A DNA stretch of 33,386 bases from Bacteroidota bacterium (GCA_046075765.1 JBJTQS010000087.1:1-33386), one strand, 5' to 3'. Shown: positions 1 through 8,389, numbered from the stretch's first letter. Numbers and translations are program-made. The notes: a model not told the origin generated them from the sequence alone.

Positions 1-1
1 C

Positions 2-3000
2 TTTTCACAAGACACAATACCTAAGGTAGTTTTCCCTCAATTTGATTTGGTTTATATCTCTAAAGGTGATAGCGCTCGAATTGTTGGAACTACTGGTGTT
101 TTTTATCCTACTTTAAAAAAGTTTATAGGCAAAGGAGGTCGTGTTACTTGGGAACGAGCAGGCTTGCCCAAAGATCAAGTGTATGCAGATCTTGGAGGTT
201 ACTCCATTGATGTCTCTGGTTCCGATTATGATGCCGATTCAGTCACTTTTTACAATAAGCAAGTTTTTCAACAGCCATTATTGGGCAAGTTAAGCGACAA
301 GCTTTTGGCGAATGCCGATTCCACCAGTGCTTCTTATCCACGGTTTCGATCGTACAATACCAATCTAGAAATTAAGGAGCTCATCAAGGATGCCAGCTAC
401 AAAGGTGGTTTTGCTATGCTTGGAGCCAAGATGATCGGTTCCGGTACCCGAAGCAATCCCGCTTCATTAACCTTCAAACGAAATAATACTCCATTTCTAG
501 TTGCTTTGGCGCAAAGCTTTGTAATTAGGCGTGAACGTGTCATCACTGATAACGCCTCTGTAACATTTTATTTTGACAAGGACTCCATGTATCATCCAGG
601 TGTTGAAATGAAATATATCAATGAAAATAAAACTATTACCATTACACGTCCCTCAGAGCGCACTATCGGAACGCCTTTTGTCAGTTCGTTCCACAATGTA
701 GATATGTACTTCGATGTACTTACTTGGAAGGTTGATGATCCAATCATGGATCTTAAGATGACCACGCAAGGCGAGGAGGTTAAAATGGTTTTAGAATCTA
801 AAGGGTATTTCAGAGCAGAACGATATCAACGAATTCAGGGCATAGCGGATATTAATCCATTATTCCTCATTAAGCAATTTGCCGAAACCATACAAAGTCG
901 CGACATCAGTGTGCAAGATTATGCTGCGCATCGAAAGATGAATGATACCCAAATAAGGAGTTTATTTATGTCGCTTAGCTCTCAAGGGTTCCTGACTTAT
1001 AATTCCACCACTGATCGAGCCATCATCAAAGACAAGCTGTATTACTACATCAGCGCTAATTCTGGCAAATCTGATTATGATATACTCGAATTCGGATCCC
1101 AAATTTCCGCTCGTTCAAATGCTACCGTCAATCTATTGAATTACGATATCAATATGCAAGGCGTGCCTCGGGTGATGCTTAGCGATACGCAACGGGTGTA
1201 TATTGAGCCTACCGACCAGCAACTAACATTGAAGAAGAACCGCGACTTCACATTCAACGGCAGAGTTCGTGCAGGCAGATTTGATTTTCGTGGAAAGGAA
1301 TTCACCTTCTTGTATAATGATTTTAAGATTTTGTTGAAAAACGTTGATTCCTTGGCTATGCGTATTCCCGGGACTCAGCCTAACGAAAACGGTCAGATTC
1401 CCAATGTGGCCTTGCAAAGCGCACTGCAAAATCTAACAGGTTATTTGGAAATAGATAGGCCCAACAATAAGTCATCCATAAAGAAAAGTCCCGAATACCC
1501 TAGATTCACCAGCGAGGGACCAGGATATGTGTATTACGATAAACCTTCAATTTACAATGGGGTTTATGCTCGCGACAGATTCTATTTTCAAGTGAATCCT
1601 TTCACACTAGATAGTCTGGATAATTTTGCAGCCGCAGGATTGTCCTTCCAAGGAAAATTGGTTTCGGGCGGTATTTTCCCGGATATTCAAGAAACACTTA
1701 CCATACAGGAGGACCTCTCTTTGGGCTTCAAGCAAGAACTGCAGCCCGCTGGTCTTGCCGCATATGGCGGTAAAGGGCAGTATTATGAGAAGATCCGATT
1801 AGACAATCAAGGATTGACGGGCTCGGGAATTATCAAGTACCTGACATCTACATCCACTTCCAAATCCTATACATTCTTCCCTGATTCTACATCTGCTACT
1901 GGAGTTGAATTCGATCTAGCAAAAGGCACTGCGGGTGGTGTGGTTTTTCCTCCTGGCAAGGGAAGTCAAGTGGATATGAATTGGCAGCCAGCTATAGATA
2001 AAATGTTGCTCACCAAAACCAGTTCTGATTTCATTGTTTATGATGGTCAAGTCAAGCAAGACGGTAAGCTTATTCTAACTGCTCAAGGATTGACGGGTAA
2101 TGGAAAAGCATCTTTCGATAGGGCTGCCTTGGTTTCAAAACTGATCAAATACAATGAGACGGTATTTACAGCAGATACAAGTGATTTCGTCTTGGATTCT
2201 GAAGATCCTGGAAGGCCCGCCTTGGCTACAACCAACATGAAGTCTTATGTGGATCTCAAAAACAGGTATGGTGATTTCATTTCAAATGGTTTGGGCTCTT
2301 ATGTAACTTTCCCGTACAATCAATACAAGTGTTTCATCGATCGTTTCAGGTGGTTGATGGATGAAAAGAATGTTTTGTTTGAAGATAAAACCGCTTCAAA
2401 GGGTAGCAAGATGGGTATTCCTGGAGCAGAGTTTATTTCGATCGATCCTGCACAGGATTCTCTTCGATGGTTTGCCGAAGAAGCAGTTTACAATTTGGCT
2501 GATTACATTATTCGAGCCTCAGGTGTGAAGGAAATCGCTGTGGCTGATGCCAAGGTCTATCCTGATAGCTCCAAACTTATCGTCGGAACTGATGCACTCA
2601 TTCAGCCTTTGAAGCAGGCGAAAGTTATTGCAGATACTGCTACAAAGTATCATGTTATTTCCGATGCTACTATCAGGATAAAAGCGCGCAGGAATTACAT
2701 GGGAGATGGAAGTTACGAGTATGTTGATCAACTTAAAACGAAGCATATTTTGAAGCTGACGAATATCGGAGTGGACACTGCCTACAGAACATTTGCGGAT
2801 GGTGAAGTGGCTGAAGATTTGAATTTCCAATTAAGTCCTAACATTCAGTACAAAGGCAAAATGCGGATATATGCGCCACGGCCTGGACCGTTTTTCACTG
2901 GTTTCGCAAGAGCCAACCATGGTTGCGAATCGTTAACCAAATACTGGTTTTCTTTTGCATCCGAAATCGATCCGCGTGGTGTGAAGGTTCCAGTTAAAGC

Positions 3001-3976
3001 ACCTAAAAACGAGAACGGAGAGCCTCTGCATAGCACTATTAGTTTCAGCCGCGATTCCGCTAATGTCTATGGTACATTCCTTTCAGGAAAAACTTCCGCT
3101 ACCGATAAGGATATCATATCTGCCGAAGGATTGCTGATGTTCGATAGTCAAACCAACCATTTCCGAATACTGCCCGATACCACTGTTGAGGTTAAAACTA
3201 AACGCAAGGACGATGAGGAGTCGAAGCCTTCGGTGAATACATTCTCACTCAGCAACGACGATTGCTCATTCACAGGAACTGGGAAAATCGACGTAGGGAG
3301 CAACTTCGGGCAATTTAAGATGAATGCAGCGGGAGAAGCCAAATACAATCCGGTTGAAGATACACTCCGAGTAGATATGATGGTAGGTTTGGATTTTTTC
3401 TTCAGCAATGAAACATTGAAGGAAATGACGGATTTGATATTGTCATTTTCAAACCTACCCGCTACCAATGACAACCGTGCGGTTTTCAAAAACGGAATTC
3501 GGGTTTACCTGGATGACAAGAAGGCTGCGAAATTCATCGAGGAAAATGAAATGTATGGTGCGCCCAAACGACTAACTGATGAGTTATCGTCAGCCATATT
3601 CCTTACAGATTTAAAGTTGAAATGGGTTAAGGAGACATTGTCGTTCAGGTCCGTTGGAGATATTGGAGTTGGTTATATCGGTAAGACACCTGTAAACCGC
3701 ATGATGAAAGGTTATTTTGAAATTATCAGGCGGAGGTCTGGAGATGCATTCCACTTGTTTTTGGAGTTGGATGGTAATACATGGTTCTACTTCAATTATA
3801 CGCCAGGAGTCATGCAGGCCATCTCATCCAATATCAAGTTCAATGATATCATTACCAATACCAAGCCCGAGAAGCGCGTGGCAGATGAAAAAGGAGGGAA
3901 GTCACCATATCAATATTTGCTTTCCACCGAACGCAAAAAGCATGAATTCATTCGTCGAATTGAGAATCGTGACTAA
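2..3976 (+). CDS. large conserved hypothetical protein, 5'-truncated by the window edge (at least 1324 aa)
   Basis: One uninterrupted ORF. The listed TTG start at 47 is preceded by 15 in-frame sense codons back to nt 2 with no stop, so the gene probably starts upstream of the window. I recognise no named family. Composition is rich in G/S/T/N/D and looks beta-rich. Confidence 0.8.
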   Translation, partial: FSQDTIPKVVFPQFDLVYISKGDSARIVGTTGVFYPTLKKFIGKGGRVTWERAGLPKDQVYADLGGYSIDVSGSDYDADSVTFYNKQVFQQPLLGKLSDKLLANADSTSASYPRFRSYNTNLEIKELIKDASYKGGFAMLGAKMIGSGTRSNPASLTFKRNNTPFLVALAQSFVIRRERVITDNASVTFYFDKDSMYHPGVEMKYINENKTITITRPSERTIGTPFVSSFHNVDMYFDVLTWKVDDPIMDLKMTTQGEEVKMVLESKGYFRAERYQRIQGIADINPLFLIKQFAETIQSRDISVQDYAAHRKMNDTQIRSLFMSLSSQGFLTYNSTTDRAIIKDKLYYYISANSGKSDYDILEFGSQISARSNATVNLLNYDINMQGVPRVMLSDTQRVYIEPTDQQLTLKKNRDFTFNGRVRAGRFDFRGKEFTFLYNDFKILLKNVDSLAMRIPGTQPNENGQIPNVALQSALQNLTGYLEIDRPNNKSSIKKSPEYPRFTSEGPGYVYYDKPSIYNGVYARDRFYFQVNPFTLDSLDNFAAAGLSFQGKLVSGGIFPDIQETLTIQEDLSLGFKQELQPAGLAAYGGKGQYYEKIRLDNQGLTGSGIIKYLTSTSTSKSYTFFPDSTSATGVEFDLAKGTAGGVVFPPGKGSQVDMNWQPAIDKMLLTKTSSDFIVYDGQVKQDGKLILTAQGLTGNGKASFDRAALVSKLIKYNETVFTADTSDFVLDSEDPGRPALATTNMKSYVDLKNRYGDFISNGLGSYVTFPYNQYKCFIDRFRWLMDEKNVLFEDKTASKGSKMGIPGAEFISIDPAQDSLRWFAEEAVYNLADYIIRASGVKEIAVADAKVYPDSSKLIVGTDALIQPLKQAKVIADTATKYHVISDATIRIKARRNYMGDGSYEYVDQLKTKHILKLTNIGVDTAYRTFADGEVAEDLNFQLSPNIQYKGKMRIYAPRPGPFFTGFARANHGCESLTKYWFSFASEIDPRGVKVPVKAPKNENGEPLHSTISFSRDSANVYGTFLSGKTSATDKDIISAEGLLMFDSQTNHFRILPDTTVEVKTKRKDDEESKPSVNTFSLSNDDCSFTGTGKIDVGSNFGQFKMNAAGEAKYNPVEDTLRVDMMVGLDFFFSNETLKEMTDLILSFSNLPATNDNRAVFKNGIRVYLDDKKAAKFIEENEMYGAPKRLTDELSSAIFLTDLKLKWVKETLSFRSVGDIGVGYIGKTPVNRMMKGYFEIIRRRSGDAFHLFLELDGNTWFYFNYTPGVMQAISSNIKFNDIITNTKPEKRVADEKGGKSPYQYLLSTERKKHEFIRRIENRD

Positions 3977-4012
3977 ACTTAGATTATTGTTTTTGACTAT
4001 TTTTGACTCGAT

Positions 4013-4660
4013 ATGGTATACAGCTTTGAGCACATTGGGTATGTAATTTTGGCCTATCTGATTGGCTCTATTCCTTCTGCCGTTTGGATTGGAAAGTCAT
4101 TCTATGGTATTGATGTTCGTGAGCACGGAAGTGGAAATGCCGGTGCCACGAATGTGTTCAGGGTATTGGGCAAAGGGCCTGGAACCGTTGTTTTATTAAT
4201 GGATATACTTAAAGGGTATCTGGCACTTCAACTTGCCTATGTATCAGGTGAATATCTCCCTTCCTCGCAACAGTATGTCAATTTCAAACTTATCTTGGGT
4301 ATTGCCGCTTTAGCAGGTCATATTTTTCCGGTCTTTGCCGGATTTAGGGGAGGGAAGGGAGTGGCCATAATGCTAGGCATTCTGATCGGGTTGAATCCAA
4401 TAGCGGCATTGATTTGCTCGACTGTTTTTTTGTTTGTTTTCTTGTTGTCGGGCTTTGTTTCACTTGGATCACTTTGTTCCGCTTTGGCTTATCCTTTTGT
4501 GATGATGCTGGTGATGGGGGAGACAATCCCTTCAGTCAATATTTTTGCCATGGCCGTGTGTGTTTTGGTCTTCGTAACTCACCAAAAAAACATCGAGCGA
4601 TTGCTTAGCGGCACTGAATCCAAAGTTTTGGCTCTTAGAAAAAAGCAGTCTAGTTCGTAG
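4013..4660 (+). CDS. plsY: glycerol-3-phosphate acyltransferase PlsY
   Basis: 215-aa polytopic membrane protein. Contains the PlsY hallmark segments GSIPSAVWIGK, HGSGNAGATNVFRVLG and FAGFRGGKGVA. Confidence 0.92.
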   Translation: MVYSFEHIGYVILAYLIGSIPSAVWIGKSFYGIDVREHGSGNAGATNVFRVLGKGPGTVVLLMDILKGYLALQLAYVSGEYLPSSQQYVNFKLILGIAALAGHIFPVFAGFRGGKGVAIMLGILIGLNPIAALICSTVFLFVFLLSGFVSLGSLCSALAYPFVMMLVMGETIPSVNIFAMAVCVLVFVTHQKNIERLLSGTESKVLALRKKQSSS

Positions 4661-4703
4661 TTTTCATACTGATTTCCTTACTTGTGTTTGTTATTTTTGT
4701 GAC

Positions 4704-5003
4704 ATGGATCCGCTCATGCACAACTTATATAATGCAAGACCGCTTGAGGAGGAAGATGTTGCAATCGATGTAGAAGAAGCGCCTTCACACCATTTGGTTG
4801 TATTTAACGACGATGTGAATACTTTCGACTTCGTGATCGAATCCCTGATGAAAGTTTGTCGTCACGATAGGCATCAGGCGGAGCAATGCTCCATCATCAT
4901 ACACTACAAAGGTAAATGCTCTGTAAAAGAAGGCGAGTTCGATGAGTTGCGTCCTATGTGCGAGGCGCTTTTGGATCGCGGTATCAGCGCGACCATTGAT
5001 TGA
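4704..5003 (+). CDS. clpS: ATP-dependent Clp protease adaptor ClpS
   Basis: 99 aa. The core HLVVFNDDVNTFDFVIESLMKVCRHDRHQAEQCSIIIHYKGKCSV matches the ClpS fold signature (VxLxNDxxNTxxFV...H..G.a). Confidence 0.92.
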   Translation: MDPLMHNLYNARPLEEEDVAIDVEEAPSHHLVVFNDDVNTFDFVIESLMKVCRHDRHQAEQCSIIIHYKGKCSVKEGEFDELRPMCEALLDRGISATID

Positions 5004-5022
5004 GTAAACCTTGTCTTTTATT

Positions 5023-5843
5023 TTAAGGCAGCTGTTTCTTTTTTCCACCTGCGCTGGCCTTGATTTGAGAAATGTCGCTCTGCAGTTGCATCACCAATTT
5101 GCTTAGCTGATCTTGTGTGGATTCAGGGCCTGGTAAATCGCTGCTTATATAATTAATGAACTTCCACATCTCCACAACTTCATTCACCGGAACCTCGTAG
5201 GGCTCGTATGCGGCATTCAGTGACCTCAGCAGGAAGTTCTTCTGTTTACGTAGCTGATTATATACAACCTTGAAAACAAGTCCGTCTTCCCGAGTTACAA
5301 CGATATAGGCGCTTCCATCCTTCACATCCCGCCAATCGTGCACGAACTCGGCGATGATCCAAGATCCATGTGGTATAGGTAGCATAGAGTCGCCATCAAT
5401 CTGAAACGCCCTGTATTTTCTTTCACGTGAAAGGAATGGGAGTTGGAATACGGGTAGCTTGTTGATGTATTCAGGATCATTATATCCTGCAGTATAACCT
5501 GCTTTGGCTTTCAGTGGTACCACTTCGATGTTTTCCTCATTATCGGCGTTAACGGTGGAAGTTAGTATGCGAAGTTTGGCGCCTGTTACGTAAACATCAT
5601 AACCACGCTCCAATTCCGAGAGCTGACTTTCGGATAGTGAAGTCAGATCAACTTTTACCAGGGTGTCTATCGATACCTTGAAGTATTTCGAGAAACCTAT
5701 GAGCGCTTCGATGGTTGGGTTACCACAATGCCGTTTTCATAGCTGTTCAGCGTGGATCGGCTGAAGCCGAGTTCACCTGCCACGACGTCCTGCGTGCGGT
5801 TCCTTCTTTTACGGAGCAGTTTGATGTTGCCTGGGAAATACAT
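5023..5843 (-). pseudogene. LexA-like repressor (XRE-type HTH plus S24 peptidase) interrupted by a 1-nt frameshift
   Basis: An ATG at 5843 opens a 48-codon ORF, MYFPGNIKLLRKRRNRTQDVVAGELGFSRSTLNSYENGIV..., which is an XRE HTH. It stops at 5697-5699. A second frame is open from 5736 down to 5023. It continues GNPTIEALIGFSKYFKVSIDTL... (the end of the HTH) into an S24 domain with the AG cleavage-type site KAKAGYTAG, the Ser motif GDSMLP and a Lys in LVFKVV. The two frames join if one G is restored in the GG run at 5723-5724 (CC on the + strand). Confidence 0.75.
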
Positions 5844-5867
5844 ATTGACTTTGTTTTGATTTCGGCT

Positions 5868-5920
5868 CAAATATAATGATTGTAATTAAATCTACAAAAT
5901 GATTGTAAAAATATCAAAAA
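5868..5920 (-). promoter_or_regulatory. promoter of the LexA-like gene with two 11-mer operator-like repeats
   Basis: Read on the minus strand: -33 TTTG (5898-5895), a 19-nt spacer, then -7 TATATTTG (5875-5868). This fits the Bacteroidota TTTG-N19-21-TAnnTTTG consensus about 25 nt upstream of the ATG at 5843. AATGATTGTAA occurs twice on the + strand (5875-5885 and 5898-5908), and each copy abuts one promoter element. Confidence 0.6.
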
Positions 5921-5981
5921 ATGGATTTCAGTTGCATTGGTGGTTCGCGACGATATGTGGATCACGCTTAGCGTTAAGCAT

Positions 5982-6015
5982 AAAAAAAGAGGCAACCCTA
6001 ATGGATTGCCTCTTT
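5982..6015 (-). terminator. rho-independent terminator downstream of the fasciclin gene
   Basis: 8-bp stem AGAGGCAA (5988-5995) pairs with TTGCCTCT (6006-6013) around a 10-nt loop. On the minus strand the hairpin is followed by a run of 7 U. Confidence 0.7.
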
Positions 6016-6033
6016 AAATAAGTTAATCTAATA

Positions 6034-6615
6034 TTAGTTGATCGGCAGGATTACAGCATCAATCACGTGGATGATACCATTTGAAGCCGAAATGTTTGCA
6101 GCAGTGATATTTGCAGTGTTACCTACTGCAGTGATCTGACCTTGATTATTCACAGTGAAGTTTACGCCCAACAAGGTGGAAATGTTCCTGGTTCCGTTGT
6201 TTGGAACTACGCTGTTAGCTGCGCGGCGACCTTCTACTACGTGGTACAACAATACATCGCGTACCAATTCAGCTGGAAGATCAGAAATTTGGCTTACACC
6301 TAATGCGCTATACAAGTTTTGGAATGCAGCATTGGTTGGAGCGAAAACGGTGTACTGGTCTGTTCCATTCAAGAAAAGATCTACAAGGCCGGTGTTCAAC
6401 TCACCATCTACATAAGTCAAGGCAGAAACCAATTCAGAAAATCCAGCATTGATAGCAATCGCCGCAATCGGATCAGTACCTGGTGCTGGAGCACCGTTTT
6501 TCAATTCACTCGTTTGTGCGCTTGGTGCAGTTGCATCGTCTTTGCTGCAGCTTACCATAAAGAGCGACATTCCAATCATTGCGCTGAACGCAAACATTTT
6601 TGCTAATTTTTTCAT
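6034..6615 (-). CDS. fasciclin (FAS1) domain lipoprotein
   Basis: Lipoprotein signal peptide ...LFMVSCSKDD. FAS1 motifs TVFAPTNAAFQNL, LLYHVVEG and NGIIHVIDAVILP. Confidence 0.88.
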   Translation of the reverse strand: MKKLAKMFAFSAMIGMSLFMVSCSKDDATAPSAQTSELKNGAPAPGTDPIAAIAINAGFSELVSALTYVDGELNTGLVDLFLNGTDQYTVFAPTNAAFQNLYSALGVSQISDLPAELVRDVLLYHVVEGRRAANSVVPNNGTRNISTLLGVNFTVNNQGQITAVGNTANITAANISASNGIIHVIDAVILPIN

Positions 6616-6781
6616 GATTTTGTTTTTAAAGGGTTAGTGGTTGTTTAAGGATTTTGAACTCATAAACACACCTTTATTCATATTGTTTAACTAATCTTAA
6701 AAAATATTAAACAATATTGATTGTCAGCTTTTTAAATTCTATTATTTAAGGTACATGTAACAAGTTATATGTGACAAGCGC

Positions 6782-6834
6782 CGCCCTGAGCCTGTCCGAT
6801 AGCTATCGGACCGATAGTTATCGGTCGAAGGGTA
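6782..6834. repeat. repeat core CGCCCTGAGCCTGTC...CGAAGGGTA split by two tandem palindromes
   Basis: CCGATAGCTATCGG (6796-6809) is a perfect 14-bp palindrome. ACCGATAGTTATCGGT (6810-6825) is a 16-bp palindrome with a central mismatch. Both lie between the two halves of a core that occurs uninterrupted, in reverse complement, at 14061-14083. Confidence 0.7.
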
Positions 6835-6861
6835 ACAAGTGTCGTTTTGTTACTGCTCTCG

Positions 6862-6977
6862 CCTCCCGCTACTTTTTCTGCTACTGCCTCCCGCCTCCCG
6901 CTACTTTTTCTGCTACTGCAATTGCTACTGCAACTGCAACTGCTTTCTGGTACTGCTCCCGCCAACTTTTCTCCCTG
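6862..6977. repeat. tandem 25-mer repeats followed by CTACTG/CAACTG simple repeats
   Basis: CCTCCCGCTACTTTTTCTGCTACTG is present at 6862-6886 and 6894-6918, separated by CCTCCCG. CAATTGCTACTGCAACTGCAACTGC follows. A degenerate third copy (CTCCCGCCAACTTTTCTCC) lies at about 6956-6974. Confidence 0.8.
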
Positions 6978-7028
6978 TCTTTCCGATGATTGAATTTTTT
7001 TATTCAAAAAAACATTACACTTTTCGCT

Positions 7029-7077
7029 TTTAATGATTATAATGTAGTCATAAAAATGATTGTTATAATATCAAGAA
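7029..7077. promoter_or_regulatory. second copy of the operator-like block, upstream of dinB
   Basis: Aligns without gaps to 5872-5920 with 38 of 49 identities, counted by hand. It contains AATGATTATAA (7032-7042) and AATGATTGTTA (7055-7065) at the same 23-bp spacing, followed by the same AATATCAA tail. On the minus strand the -33/-7 promoter elements are not conserved here, but the 11-mers are. Confidence 0.5.
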
Positions 7078-7078
7078 G

Positions 7079-7174
7079 ATTTACAATTGACAATTTACAA
7101 TTGACAAGTTCAGCGGTCACGGTGCAAATCGTAAATCGTAAATCGTCAATCGTAAATTGTAAATCGTCCATCGC
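7079..7174. repeat. microsatellite arrays ending 3 nt before the dinB ATG
   Basis: ATTTACAATTGACA occurs twice (7079-7092 and 7093-7106). Seven heptamers of the AAATCGT family then run from 7126 to 7174: AAATCGT x3, CAATCGT, AAATTGT, AAATCGT, CCATCGC. Confidence 0.9.
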
Positions 7175-7176
7175 AA

Positions 7177-8316
7177 ATGTCTCGTCATATCATCCACCTC
7201 GACCTTGATTCGTTCTTCGTATCCGTAGAGCGGCTTAGGAATTCATCGCTTATCGGCAAGCCTATTTTAATAGGTGGTAATAGCGATCGCGGCGTTGTAG
7301 CCAGTTGCAGCTATGAGGCGCGTAAATACGGAGTCAGTTCCGCCATGCCGATGAAAATGGCCCGTATGCTTTGTCCTGATGCCATCATCGTGCGTGGCGA
7401 TATGGAAGTTTATAGCCAATACTCCAGCATGGTTACAGATATCATTGATGACGCCGCACCTTTATATGAGAAAGCCAGCATCGATGAGCATTATATAGAT
7501 GTTACCGGTATGGACCGCTTCCATGGGACACTGAAATGGACTACCGAATTGCGTGAGCGTATCATCCGGGAAACGGGACTGCCTATGTCGCTCGGACTAT
7601 CGCCCAACAAAACCGTTTCCAAAATCGCAACCAATGAAGCCAAACCGTCTGGGCAACTCCAGGTGGAATACGAGCGGGTGCGACCGTTCCTGAATCCGTT
7701 GTCGATTAATAAAATCCCCATGCTCGGACAAAAATCCTATCAGCTGTTGCGTAACATGGGCATCGCCATCATTGAAACACTCAGCAAAATGCCTGTGGAG
7801 ATGATGGTGCGGGTGCTCGGTGAAAACGGGCGTAGCATATGGGAGAAGGCAAACGGTATCGATAACGCGCCCGTTGTGCCGTATCACGAACGGAAATCCA
7901 TCAGTACCGAGCGCACTTTCGAAAAAGACACATTCGATATCGTCATGATCAACGAGCTGTTGGTCACGATGGTGGAGGAGCTTTGTTACACGATGCGTAA
8001 AAAACAAAAACTTGCTTCCTGTATAACCGTCAAAATCCGCTATGCAAACTTCGATACACACACCACACAAATGCGAATCCCATATACCGCATCCGACCAT
8101 GTACTCATCGCCCGCGCCCGTGAACTATTCAAGAAACTATACGAGCGACGCATGATGATCCGACTGGTTGGCGTTCGATTGAGCCACCTCGTGCAAGGTC
8201 ATCCGCAAATCAACCTATTCGAAGACACCACCGAAATGGTTAACCTCTACCAAGCCATCGACAGAATCAAAAACCGCTTCGGCGAAGGAGCTGTGGTAAG
8301 GGCAGTAGGAAAGTAA
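7177..8316 (+). CDS. dinB: Y-family DNA polymerase IV (DinB-like), catalytic residues intact
   Basis: N-terminus IIHLDLDSFFVSVE corresponds to E. coli DinB IIHVDMDCFFAAVE. ASIDEHYIDVT corresponds to LSLDEAYLDVT. SCSYEARKYGVSSAMP is also conserved. The catalytic Asp/Asp/Glu positions are all present. Confidence 0.9.
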   Translation: MSRHIIHLDLDSFFVSVERLRNSSLIGKPILIGGNSDRGVVASCSYEARKYGVSSAMPMKMARMLCPDAIIVRGDMEVYSQYSSMVTDIIDDAAPLYEKASIDEHYIDVTGMDRFHGTLKWTTELRERIIRETGLPMSLGLSPNKTVSKIATNEAKPSGQLQVEYERVRPFLNPLSINKIPMLGQKSYQLLRNMGIAIIETLSKMPVEMMVRVLGENGRSIWEKANGIDNAPVVPYHERKSISTERTFEKDTFDIVMINELLVTMVEELCYTMRKKQKLASCITVKIRYANFDTHTTQMRIPYTASDHVLIARARELFKKLYERRMMIRLVGVRLSHLVQGHPQINLFEDTTEMVNLYQAIDRIKNRFGEGAVVRAVGK

Positions 8317-8325
8317 CAATTAAAG

Positions 8326-8374
8326 ATTGACGATTGACGATTTACAATTGACGATTTACAATTGACGATTGACG
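8326..8374. repeat. microsatellite array downstream of dinB, reverse complement of the upstream array
   Basis: The array reads GATTGAC x2, GATTTACAATTGAC x2, GATTGAC. ACGATTT and ACGATTG are the reverse complements of AAATCGT and CAATCGT at 7126-7174. Confidence 0.9.
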
Positions 8375-8389
8375 ATAACTTGTCACTTG

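Noticed and set aside
3717-4046. A 109-aa ORF spanning the junction between the large gene and plsY.
   Set aside because: It is out of frame inside the 3' end of the 1309-aa ORF and overlaps the plsY start. The translation has no protein-like features.
6765-7208. Several 62-80-aa ORFs in the spacer upstream of dinB (6765-7007, 6771-6989, 6839-7033, 6990-7208).
   Set aside because: They translate the tandem repeats in several frames (for example ATAIATATATA and SSCSCSSNCSS). They overlap one another on both strands and have no start context. I treat the region as non-coding repeat DNA.
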